Below, in pieces: positions 12,323 to 21,097 of a stretch of DNA of 47,134 nt. The DNA comes from Candidatus Eiseniibacteriota bacterium. GTDB lineage: Bacteria > Eisenbacteria > RBG-16-71-46. Below the pieces are notes generated by a model, which worked only from the letters and a program-made list of their open reading frames with translations, was not told the DNA's origin and searched no databases. Location: positions 1 through 47,134 of the forward strand of contig JANLWX010000056.1 of NCBI GenBank assembly GCA_031364845.1, in the 5' to 3' direction. Numbering within the stretch: the first letter of the stretch is position 1; each line of letters begins with the position of its first letter. A program made the translations under genes and the position numbers.

Positions 12323-13689
12323 CGATGGCCTCGATGATCCGGTGCTTGGGATGCGCCCATGCCGGAGATCGCGGCCTTGAGCCGGCTCTCCGAATCGATC
12401 AGGAACGAAGCGCTCGCGACCACCGTGTCGCCGACCGCGACGCCGCGCAGGATCTGCACGTAGTCGCCGTCGTCGAGGCCGATGTCGACCGCGCGCGGCT
12501 CGAACGTGCCGCCGGCGCGTGCGAGGAACACGTAGTTGTGCTCGCCCGCCCGCACCAGCGCTTCCGCGGGCACCGAGGGCACGGCACCTCCGCGGTGCGC
12601 GATCATCACGCGGCCGTACATCCCGGGGCGCAGCGCGCCGTCGCGGTTGTCGAGCGTGAAGCGTACCTTGATCGTGCGGGTCTCGCCCGAGACGGTCGGA
12701 TACAGGAATTCGACCCGCGCCTGAAACGCGCGTCCGGGCAGCGCGTCCGCCGTGAAGCGCGCGACGTCGCCGAGACGCACACGCCCGAGATCCATCTCGT
12801 ACACATCCGCCACCACCCACACGCGCGAGAGGTCGGCGATCGTCATCAGCGGTGTGTCGGGCCCCACGCTCTGACCTTCGGTGACCGTGCGTTCGAGCAC
12901 GGTGCCCGAGACCGGCGACGGCAGCGTGAGCCGCGTCGAGGCTTTGCGCTCGCGCTCGAGACGCCGGATCTCGGCATCGGGAACGCCGAACAACTTCATC
13001 CGTTCGCGCGCCGCGGCCGGCCCAGGTGCTTCGTGATCCATGGCCGTGTTCGCTGCCGACGAGTCGCGCATCGCATGCGGCGCCGAGGTCTCGATCAGGA
13101 ATTCCTGCTCGGACTGGAACAGTTCGGGACTGTAGATGGTGACGAGCGGCGCGCCCGCGCGCACGGCTTCGCCGGTGCGATTCACGTGCAGGCGCTCGAC
13201 CCAGCCTGCAACGCGCAGTTGCACTCGGCGCAGACGGGATTCGTCGGGCGTGATGAACCCGACCAACTCGGCACCGCTGCCGAGCGCGCGCGCCTCGACG
13301 CGCGCGGTGCGCACGCCGATCATCTGGATGCGCTCCGTCGTGAGATGCACGGTCGTGAGCCCCGGCACGTCGCCGACGCCTTCCGGCGCGATACCGCCCG
13401 GTGTGCCGGGCGGGATCGGTTCGAGCGTCATGCCGCAGATCGGACATTCGCCCGGACGATCAGAGGTGTAAGTCGGATGCATCGGGCAATGGAATTTGGC
13501 CACTCCCGTCGTCGTCGCCGATCCCGCGCGCGGCGCGCGCGAGTTGAACCACGCGGCACCCGCGATCACCGCGACCAGCAGCAGGCCACCGAACATCACC
13601 CAGCGCAGCACGTTCATCGCGCCGGCGCCCGGCGGAGGCGCGTGAAGTCCGCTGCCGCGCGCGGGCTCTGGACTTCGATCGTCGATCAT
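12319..13689 (-). CDS. cusB: CusB-type RND periplasmic adaptor with heavy-metal-binding domain
   Basis: N-terminal TM, HCPMHP...CPICGMTL, YSPELFQSEQE, LRPGMY and FLIDSES. Confidence 0.92.
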   Translation of the reverse strand: MIDDRSPEPARGSGLHAPPPGAGAMNVLRWVMFGGLLLVAVIAGAAWFNSRAPRAGSATTTGVAKFHCPMHPTYTSDRPGECPICGMTLEPIPPGTPGGIAPEGVGDVPGLTTVHLTTERIQMIGVRTARVEARALGSGAELVGFITPDESRLRRVQLRVAGWVERLHVNRTGEAVRAGAPLVTIYSPELFQSEQEFLIETSAPHAMRDSSAANTAMDHEAPGPAAARERMKLFGVPDAEIRRLERERKASTRLTLPSPVSGTVLERTVTEGQSVGPDTPLMTIADLSRVWVVADVYEMDLGRVRLGDVARFTADALPGRAFQARVEFLYPTVSGETRTIKVRFTLDNRDGALRPGMYGRVMIAHRGGAVPSVPAEALVRAGEHNYVFLARAGGTFEPRAVDIGLDDGDYVQILRGVAVGDTVVASASFLIDSESRLKAAISGMGASQAPDHRGHR

Positions 13690-15008
13690 CGTGATCCCCC
13701 TTCGTTGGATGCATCGCCGATCGCGACGCTGATCAGGTCGAACCGCCCGGTTACCGTGACCAGCGCGGCTTGCGCGCGGGCGAGTGAGGCGCGCTCGTCG
13801 TTCTCGCGCAGCTCGCTCATATAGAGCGCATGAGCCGTCTGGAACAGCGACAGTAGATCGGAGGCGCCCGCCGAGTAGCCGCTCCATGCCGCATCGAGCG
13901 CGCGGTGCTGCACCGCGAGCACCGTGTCCGCGACCAGACGCACCGAGCGCTCCGCGGCCAGCGATCGCGCGTGGGCGATCGTCACGGTGCGCTCGAGATC
14001 GAGCGTGGTCGCGGCGCGCTCGGCGGTGGCGGCGCGCGCCATCGCATTCATTTCGCGCGCTTCGGCGAATTCGCGCGAGCGCGCGAACAGCGGGAGCATG
14101 AAGCCTGCCGAAGCACTGAACATGTTGTCCTGCTCCGTCGGCCCGAGATGCGCCTGCTCGGGCAACAGGTCGGCGCGGAATCCGTACGACGCCTTCAACT
14201 CGAGATCGGGCCACGCCATGCGCCGCGCGGCCCGTGCCCCGAGTTCGTAGCGCTTCACGTTCGCATCGCGCACGGCGAGCTGCGGGTTTCCGAGCGCGGC
14301 CTCGCGCCACGGCCGCGGATCGGCGCCCACCGTGATCACCGGAGGCGGCTCGAGCGGTCCGAGTGCCACCGATGCCGGAGCACCGCTGAGTGCTGCGAGA
14401 CCGGCATGCGCGGCGGCGCTCTCCGCGGTGAAGTCCGCGGCGTCCACGGCGACGCTCGCGGCTTCGGCCTCGGCGCGCAGCACGTCCTCGAGGCGCCCGC
14501 GTCCCGCGGAATAGCGGGCGCGCGCGGCCTCGACCATGCGCCGCATGACTCCGCGATGCCGCTCGGCCACCGCCATGCGTTCGTCGGCGAAGTACGCGTT
14601 CGCGTACTGCTCCCATGCCTGGCCGAGACGCTCCCAGCGCATCGCCGAGAGCATCGCGGTGTCGGCGCTCGCCGCCGCTTCGCCGGAACGGCGCGAGAGG
14701 CGATTGGCGCCAAACACCGGCACGCGCTGCGTGATGCCCACCATTTTCATCGTCATCGGGTCCATATCAAACCGACGGTTGGTCGGCACGTTCACGACGC
14801 CGAATTCGATCATCGGCGAGCTCCAGCTTCCGGCCCGCACCGCGCGCTCACGCGAGGCGGTGGCCTCCCAGCGCGCCGCACCGAGCTCCGGATTGCGACG
14901 CAGGACATCGCGCAGCACCTCGGGCAGGCCGACCGCGCCCGCGGCCGGCGGCAGCAACAGGCCGAGTGTGAACAGGACGGCCGCGATCTCGCGGACTCGT
15001 GAACGCAT
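13686..15008 (-). CDS. TolC-family outer-membrane efflux protein (CusC-like)
   Basis: Signal peptide, OEP repeats (RNPEL.., ENDERASLARAQAAL) and Met-rich DMDPMTMKM. Stop overlaps the cusB ATG. Confidence 0.88.
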   Translation of the reverse strand: MRSRVREIAAVLFTLGLLLPPAAGAVGLPEVLRDVLRRNPELGAARWEATASRERAVRAGSWSSPMIEFGVVNVPTNRRFDMDPMTMKMVGITQRVPVFGANRLSRRSGEAAASADTAMLSAMRWERLGQAWEQYANAYFADERMAVAERHRGVMRRMVEAARARYSAGRGRLEDVLRAEAEAASVAVDAADFTAESAAAHAGLAALSGAPASVALGPLEPPPVITVGADPRPWREAALGNPQLAVRDANVKRYELGARAARRMAWPDLELKASYGFRADLLPEQAHLGPTEQDNMFSASAGFMLPLFARSREFAEAREMNAMARAATAERAATTLDLERTVTIAHARSLAAERSVRLVADTVLAVQHRALDAAWSGYSAGASDLLSLFQTAHALYMSELRENDERASLARAQAALVTVTGRFDLISVAIGDASNEGGSR

Positions 15009-15224
15009 GAATGGACTCCTCGATGGAGACGGATGGCGTCGCCGGCTCAGCGAGTCGCCGGTGCGTGGCGGACACGGTGGAGCGGAGTACGGCATTCGTC
15101 CAGAGCACGGCGCAAAATGCGCCACGCAAAGGCTAGTCGTCGTGAGTGTCTGGATGGGAATCGCAAACCACCGGAGATTCCGTGATCACACACGTTCGCG
15201 AACCGAACGCGTGAACGACGGAAT

Positions 15225-15683
15225 TCAGATACGCGGTGGAGCGCGCAGCGCGAGCGGGCCTTTGGCAGGAGATGCCAGAGGCCGGGCGCGGAGATCCGTT
15301 CGAGGAGGGTGGGAGGGAATGCGGGCCGGCCCCGACATCGCGACCGGCGCCGTTTCGGCGCACGCGAAAGGAACCGGCGTGACGCACAGATCCTTGGCGA
15401 CGACGGGGACCGAGACTTCAGCGAGGCCCATGCAGCACGGCGAGCCCGGCGCCTGCACGGGATGGTTGCGTTGGTGTCCCGCGGCATTGTTTCCGCAACA
15501 GGACTTGGCCGACGCCTTCGAGGCCGAGGCCGACAGCGGCGCCTCGTGACACATCAGACCCGCGCGGCTCGCCGAGGACGAGGCGTACGCGCTCACGATG
15601 CAGTAGTTGTTGCCGAACAGGAACAGCAACGACGCCAGCACCGTGTAGAGCCGTGAGACCGGTTTGAAGCGGACACGTTTCAT
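15225..15683 (-). CDS. Cys-rich secreted leader protein with C-terminal RAPP arrest motif (CruR/CutF/DUF2946-like)
   Basis: 152 aa: basic plus hydrophobic N-terminus, MCH, SCCG, PCCM, Pro-rich tail ending LRAPPRI-stop. Lies directly upstream of the efflux operon. Confidence 0.8.
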   Translation of the reverse strand: MKRVRFKPVSRLYTVLASLLFLFGNNYCIVSAYASSSASRAGLMCHEAPLSASASKASAKSCCGNNAAGHQRNHPVQAPGSPCCMGLAEVSVPVVAKDLCVTPVPFACAETAPVAMSGPARIPSHPPRTDLRARPLASPAKGPLALRAPPRI

Positions 15684-15908
15684 GTTGATCTCGGTTATCG
15701 GCCTGCGGCGTTCGACCCGTGAGCACAGGAGTCGCCGCCGGCCGATTGTGGCAGGAGCGGGCGCCGTCACCAAGGGGAAGTTGCGAAGCCACGCAAGGAC
15801 TTCGTCAAGGACGAAGCCCCTCGACATCACCAGAGTCCTGAACCCCGCCCCGGGGTCCGGGTGGCCGGGTCCGGTGTCGCTTCCCGGTGCGGGTGTAGGA
15901 TGCTCCCG

Positions 15909-17129
15909 ATGCCCACTCCAACTGCAGCCCCACCCCCGAAGCCGCCCGGGGTGTGGCCCGATCCCTACCGGATCCTGTTTCCGATTGGGGCCGTGTTCGC
16001 CCTATGGGGCGCGATCGTGTGGCCGATCGCCTGGGCGCTTGGATTGCCGCAGGCCGCCGTCACCCATCGAGCGCTCATGATGCAGGGGTTCGAGTTGTCG
16101 TTCGTGCTGGGATTTCTCCTCACGGCGATCCCGGGCTTCACCGGCGGACAACGGTTTCACCCGTTGGAACTGGTCGTCGCCGCGACCCTGATGTGCGGGT
16201 TGGCCGGCTCGGTCGCCGCCGGCACGCCCGCGCCGGCATCGGCGTTCGCCGCCGCCGCCATCGCATGGGCAGCCGCCGCGATCGCGAGGCGCGTGATCGC
16301 CAAACGCGTGCTGCCGCCCGAAGAGTTCGCGTTCGTCGGTCTCGGACTCGCGCTCGGCTTCGCGGGCACGCTGTGGCAGGCGTGGTCGGGCTTCGGCACG
16401 GCTCCGATCGCAGAGCCGGTGCCCTACTTCGCACAGCGACTGGTGTCGCTCGGGATGATGCTGCCGCTGGTGCTGGGTATCGGAGGTCTGCTGGTGCCGG
16501 CGTTCGCCGGCATCCCGAATCCACTCGCGATTCCGGGGGTGGCGAAAGCGCACGAGCGCAGCGGCCGGCGCGGGTTGTACATGATCCTCGCGCTGATCCT
16601 CGGATCGTCGTTCGTCTTCGATGCTCGGGGACAGACGCGCGAGGGCGCGATCGCGCGCGCCCTGGTCGCCACCGTGATGCTGCTGTGGGTGTGGAAACTG
16701 CCGGTGCGCGCGGCCCGCAACGATACGTTCTCGGTGGCGCTGCGCCTCGCGGGCGTGTGCGTGCTCATCGGCGCGTGGCTCGCCGTCGTGCTGCCAGCAC
16801 ACTCGCTCGCGGGATTTCACGTGATGTTCATCGGCGGCTTCGGCTTGCTCACACTCGGGATCGCCACGCGCGTCGTGGTATCGCACGGGCGCCATCCGTC
16901 CGCTCAAGAGCGATCGCTGCTGCGCGGATGGCAGGTCGCCGCACTGCTGCTCGCGGCCGCAACGCGCGCCGCGGCGGAATCGCTTCCGATCTACCGCGCG
17001 CCGCTGCTGGGTGTGAGCGGTCTGCTGTGGACCGTGGCGTGGGTCGCGTGGCTGTGGGGAGCGCTGCCGCTGATCCTGCGCATCGCGCACGCGGGCGTTC
17101 TGATTCCGGTCCCGGCCATCCGCCGCTGA
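15909..17129 (+). CDS. nnrS: NnrS family membrane protein
   Basis: PYRILFP, H.ALMMQGF..SFVLGFLLTAIP.FTG, H..FIGG and ATRVVVSHG; multi-TM. Confidence 0.87.
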   Translation: MPTPTAAPPPKPPGVWPDPYRILFPIGAVFALWGAIVWPIAWALGLPQAAVTHRALMMQGFELSFVLGFLLTAIPGFTGGQRFHPLELVVAATLMCGLAGSVAAGTPAPASAFAAAAIAWAAAAIARRVIAKRVLPPEEFAFVGLGLALGFAGTLWQAWSGFGTAPIAEPVPYFAQRLVSLGMMLPLVLGIGGLLVPAFAGIPNPLAIPGVAKAHERSGRRGLYMILALILGSSFVFDARGQTREGAIARALVATVMLLWVWKLPVRAARNDTFSVALRLAGVCVLIGAWLAVVLPAHSLAGFHVMFIGGFGLLTLGIATRVVVSHGRHPSAQERSLLRGWQVAALLLAAATRAAAESLPIYRAPLLGVSGLLWTVAWVAWLWGALPLILRIAHAGVLIPVPAIRR

Positions 17130-17879
17130 TCAGGTTTCCTCGTCTCGACCCTCGGCGATCTGCTCCAGCGCCGCGAGCGATGGGACCACGAAGCGCTTCT
17201 CGCCCGTGATCAGCACGCCCTCGCGGCCCCACCGTGACATCAGGCGGATCGCCGACTCGACCGTGGTGCCGACCATCTCGGCGATCTCCTGGCGCGAGAG
17301 CTGGAGCGGGATCTCGATGCCTTCGGCGGTGGTGCGCCCCATCCGCTCGGCGAGCGTCAGGAACAGGCGCGCAATGCGGATTTCGACCCGCTGTCCACGC
17401 ATCTCACTGAGTTTGCGGGTGAGCGCGACCGTGAGCCGCGTGAGTTCGCGAATGATCGCGCGCGCGAAGTCCGGATTGCGCTCGAGCAGCTCGAAGTAGT
17501 CCGCGCTCGGGATCCTCACGAGCGTGGTCGGCTCCATGCACGCGGCACTCGCCGGATAGGGAATGTTGTTGTAGACCGCGATTGCGCCGACCGGCTCGCC
17601 GACGCCGAAGATCTCGAGGATCACATCGCCGCTCTCGGTGTGGCGCACGATCTTCACCTGGCCCCGCACGATGAGCGTGAGGTGATCGGCGGGATCGCCG
17701 GCGCGCCACAGGTACTCGCCGCGCTCGTAGTCGCGCAGCACCGCCACTCGTGCGACGCGCTCACGATCCTGGGTCGAGAGCCCGCGAAACATCGGGAGCG
17801 ATCGCAGCGCGGTCGCCAGCCGCTCCGCCGCGACTTCGGCGCGATCGAGTTTGACGGGCGGATCGGGGTGCTCGGCCAC
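17130..17879 (-). CDS. Crp/Fnr family regulator (DNR/NnrR-like, no Fe-S Cys cluster)
   Basis: cNMP-like domain and HTH LSRQEIAEMVGTTVESAIRLMS. GTG start with GGAGG RBS; only one Cys. Confidence 0.9.
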   Translation of the reverse strand: MAEHPDPPVKLDRAEVAAERLATALRSLPMFRGLSTQDRERVARVAVLRDYERGEYLWRAGDPADHLTLIVRGQVKIVRHTESGDVILEIFGVGEPVGAIAVYNNIPYPASAACMEPTTLVRIPSADYFELLERNPDFARAIIRELTRLTVALTRKLSEMRGQRVEIRIARLFLTLAERMGRTTAEGIEIPLQLSRQEIAEMVGTTVESAIRLMSRWGREGVLITGEKRFVVPSLAALEQIAEGRDEET

Positions 17880-18015
17880 CTTTGCCTCCGGGGTCACGCT
17901 TTGCGTGGCGTCCGTGCCGTGTGGCCCGCGGCGCGCGCAATCTCGAGACCAGTGCCCGCGACAATGCACCGCGGAACCGGTTTCAGGAAAGCGCGATCAC
18001 CCAATCGGCACCCGA

Positions 18016-18031
18016 TATGACCCACGTCATA
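18016..18031. promoter_or_regulatory. Putative Crp/Fnr-family binding site TATGAC-N4-GTCATA
   Basis: Perfect 6-4-6 palindrome with FNR-box spacing, between the regulator and the nos operon. Confidence 0.6.
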
Positions 18032-18106
18032 CCCCGCGGTCCGCCACCGGGCGATGCTGTCTTCGAAGGCGGGAGGCATCGGGTCTCCCGCACGCCGGAG
18101 TGCCCG

Positions 18107-18643
18107 ATGTCCGCTGAATCAGCGTTCGAACCCTTCCGCACCGACCACCGCCAGCTCCTGGCGTGGCTCGATGAAATCGAGACCGTGATGCAGGTCGGCG
18201 GACGCTACGGCATCACCCCGCTGACGGCGGGTGCGCTCGATGAGCTGGTCGATTTCGTCGAAGCCCAGTTCGCAACCCATATGAGAGCCGAGGAGGAAGT
18301 TCTCTACCCGGCGCTCGAGGAGCTGCTTCCCGAGGCGGCACCGAGTCTGATTCCGCTGCGCGCGCAGCACGGCGAGCTGCGCGCGATGCTGTTGCGGCTG
18401 CGCGCGGTGCTGCGCGAACCCTCGACCTCCGCCCGCGACGAGCAGGTCGCGGTCCAGGTGCGCGACTTCGTGGACCTGCTTCGCATTCACATTCACAACG
18501 AAGAGGCGGCGGTGTTCGGGGTCGCGGAGCGCGTGCTGTCACCTGCTGAGATCGGCCGCATCGATGCCGGCATTACCGCTCACTTCTGGCGCACACGGCG
18601 CCCGATCGAGGTTCGATCCACGACGAAAGGACGCGCTTCATGA
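18107..18643 (+). CDS. Hemerythrin/HHE cation-binding domain protein
   Basis: DH, HMRAEEEVLYP, QH and HIHNEE motifs; GGAG RBS; stop overlaps the cytochrome c start. Confidence 0.85.
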   Translation: MSAESAFEPFRTDHRQLLAWLDEIETVMQVGGRYGITPLTAGALDELVDFVEAQFATHMRAEEEVLYPALEELLPEAAPSLIPLRAQHGELRAMLLRLRAVLREPSTSARDEQVAVQVRDFVDLLRIHIHNEEAAVFGVAERVLSPAEIGRIDAGITAHFWRTRRPIEVRSTTKGRAS

Positions 18644-19113
18644 CCCTTCGCACCGGAGCACACATGGTCTCGTTCCTCGCTTTGCTTCCGCTGCTGTCCG
18701 GGTGCAGCGGCGGCGCCAAGGAGACGAACGCATCGGGTTCCTCGCCCGCCGCCAGCACGGCAGCCGTGTCGAAGTACGACGCGGGTCCGCGCGCCGGAGA
18801 GCAGCCGATCGACGAACACCTCGCCAAGAGCGGCGAGCAGTTGTTCAAGGACAAGGGGTGTTCGGCGTGCCACGCCTTCGGCGCGAAGCTGTCGGGTCCG
18901 GATCTCAAGGGCGTCTCGATGCGCCGTACGGCGCTGTGGATGGAGAACCAGATCCTTCACCCCGAAGTGATGGTGAAGGAAGACCCGATCTCGCACGAGT
19001 TGTTCGCCAAGTACGCGCTTCAGATGACGAATCAGCACCTCACGCCGCCCGAAGCGAAGGCGGTCATCGAGTACCTCAAGCATCAGGACCACGAGCAGAC
19101 AGAAGTTCATTGA
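18640..19113 (+). CDS. Monoheme cytochrome c lipoprotein (nos-associated)
   Basis: Lipobox LSGC, CSACH heme motif, GPDL and distal Met (LQMTNQ). Confidence 0.9.
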   Translation: MTLRTGAHMVSFLALLPLLSGCSGGAKETNASGSSPAASTAAVSKYDAGPRAGEQPIDEHLAKSGEQLFKDKGCSACHAFGAKLSGPDLKGVSMRRTALWMENQILHPEVMVKEDPISHELFAKYALQMTNQHLTPPEAKAVIEYLKHQDHEQTEVH

Positions 19114-19135
19114 AGGATCAAAGGGGGGAGCGAAG

Positions 19136-21097
19136 ATGAAACGCTGGATCTTGATGTTGGTCGCCATCGGCACTCTGGCAGGGCTCGCATCGCAGTTGCC
19201 GGGTTGCACGACAACCCGCGGCATGACGGGTTCGTCGGCCGCGGAGAAGGTATACGTGAAACCGGGTGAGCTCGATACGTATTACGGGTTCCTCTCGGGC
19301 GGACACCACGGAAATATCTATGTGTACGGGTTCCCGTCCTGCCGGCACATCACGACGATTCCGGTGTTCACTCCCGAGCCCGCGGTCGGGTATGGCTTTG
19401 ACGAGGCCTCGAAGGAGATGCTGGCTGGCAGGAGGTGGGGCGATGCGCATCACCCGGGCCTGTCCGAGACGGACGGCGACTACGACGGACGGTGGTTGTT
19501 CATCAACGACATGGTGAGCGCGAGCATCGCGCGCATCGACCTTGCGGACTTCAAGACCCGTCAGATCTACGGGCCGATCCCGAATCTCTCGGCGGCCCAC
19601 GCCTGCCCGTTCCCGACACCCAACACCGAGTATGTGTTCGCGGCGTCGCGATTCTCGGTGCCGGTGCCCAACCGCGTGGTCAAACTCGAAGACTACGGCA
19701 AGGGGTTCAACGGAATCATCGCCGGCATCAAGGTGGATCCCACGAGCGGCACGATGTCGATGGGCTTCGAGATCCTGATGCCACCGTTCGATTGGGACCT
19801 GGCGGACGCCGGCAAGGGCCCGAGCCACGGCTGGCAGTTCTTCACCTGCTACAACAGCGAGATGGCCTACGACTCACTTGAAGTGAAGGCCTCGCAGCAC
19901 GAGATGGACTTCGTCGCGGCGGTCGACTGGCGCGCCGCCCAGAAGGCGGTCGATGAGGGCAAGGCGACGATGATCGGCGGCGCGCCGGTGCTGGATCCGG
20001 CCACGGTCAAAGGAATCGTCTATCTCGTGCCGGTGCCCAAGAGTCCGCACGGTGTCGACGTGGATCCCTCGGGTCAGTACGTGTGCGCTTCCGGAAAACT
20101 GCAGGCCGAAGTGACCGTGCTCAGCTTCGCCAAGATCCAGGCGGCGATCGCCGCCGGCAAGTTCGACGGCGAGCGCGGCGGCGTGCCGGTGTTGAAGCAC
20201 GAAGACTGTCTCGAAGCGAAGGTCGCCGTCGGGCTCGGTCCGCTGCACACGCAGTTCGACGACAAGGGCAATGCCTACACCTCGCTGTTCTTGGATTCGC
20301 AGATCGCCAAGTGGAAGGTCGGTCCGCCGTGGACCGTCACCGACAAGATCGATGTCTACTATTCGATCGGTCACCTGATGGCATCCGAAGGCGACACGCG
20401 CCACCCGACCGGCGAATACGTGGTCGCGCTCGACAAACTGTCCAAGGACCGCTACCTCAACGTCGGCCCGACGCATCCCGAGGCGTCGCAGTTGATCGAT
20501 CTGCGCGGACCGAAGATGGAGCTGTTGTACGACTTCCCGACCTATCTCGAGCCGCACTACGCGCAGATGATCCGGGCCGAGAAGATCAAGCCGTTCACGG
20601 TCTACCCGCTCGACAAGAACACCAATCCCCGCGCGATCAAGCGCGCCGAGGATGCGCGAATCGAGCGCAAGGGGAACCGGGTCGACGTGTACATGCTCAC
20701 GGTGCGCACGCATTTCACTCCCGATCGGCTGCGCGTGAGCGAGGGCGATGACGTCTACTTCCACGTCACCAATCTCGAGCAGGACGACGACATCGCGCAC
20801 GGGTTCGGAATCCTGTGGTCGAACTGCAACATGCAAATCGAGCCGGGAGAGACGAAGACGATGCACTGGAAGGCCGAAAAGCCCGGTGTGGTTCCGTTCT
20901 ACTGCACCAACTTCTGCAGCGCGCTGCACCAGGAAATGCAGGGCTACATCGAAGTCGGTGCGAAAGGCGCATCGGTTGCGGCGCTGCAGCGTCCTGATCC
21001 GCGCAAGGTGGCCGAAGTCGCGGCTGTGATTCTCGAAACCACCCGTGTCGGCGGCCCGGTCCAGGGCGGTGATCTCGCACCGGAGGGCTCGCGATGA
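19136..21097 (+). CDS. nosZ: Nitrous oxide reductase, clade II (Sec-dependent)
   Basis: CuZ His motifs DAHH, AAH, PHG, GPLH, GH and EPH; CuA IAHG and CTNFCSALHQEM. No twin-arginine motif. Confidence 0.97.
   Translation: MKRWILMLVAIGTLAGLASQLPGCTTTRGMTGSSAAEKVYVKPGELDTYYGFLSGGHHGNIYVYGFPSCRHITTIPVFTPEPAVGYGFDEASKEMLAGRRWGDAHHPGLSETDGDYDGRWLFINDMVSASIARIDLADFKTRQIYGPIPNLSAAHACPFPTPNTEYVFAASRFSVPVPNRVVKLEDYGKGFNGIIAGIKVDPTSGTMSMGFEILMPPFDWDLADAGKGPSHGWQFFTCYNSEMAYDSLEVKASQHEMDFVAAVDWRAAQKAVDEGKATMIGGAPVLDPATVKGIVYLVPVPKSPHGVDVDPSGQYVCASGKLQAEVTVLSFAKIQAAIAAGKFDGERGGVPVLKHEDCLEAKVAVGLGPLHTQFDDKGNAYTSLFLDSQIAKWKVGPPWTVTDKIDVYYSIGHLMASEGDTRHPTGEYVVALDKLSKDRYLNVGPTHPEASQLIDLRGPKMELLYDFPTYLEPHYAQMIRAEKIKPFTVYPLDKNTNPRAIKRAEDARIERKGNRVDVYMLTVRTHFTPDRLRVSEGDDVYFHVTNLEQDDDIAHGFGILWSNCNMQIEPGETKTMHWKAEKPGVVPFYCTNFCSALHQEMQGYIEVGAKGASVAALQRPDPRKVAEVAAVILETTRVGGPVQGGDLAPEGSR

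Noticed and set aside
12323..13447. 1547-aa ORF suggesting an N-terminally extended or fused CusA
   Set aside because: The extension is an off-frame read of cusB. The real start is GTG 12322, overlapping the cusB stop.
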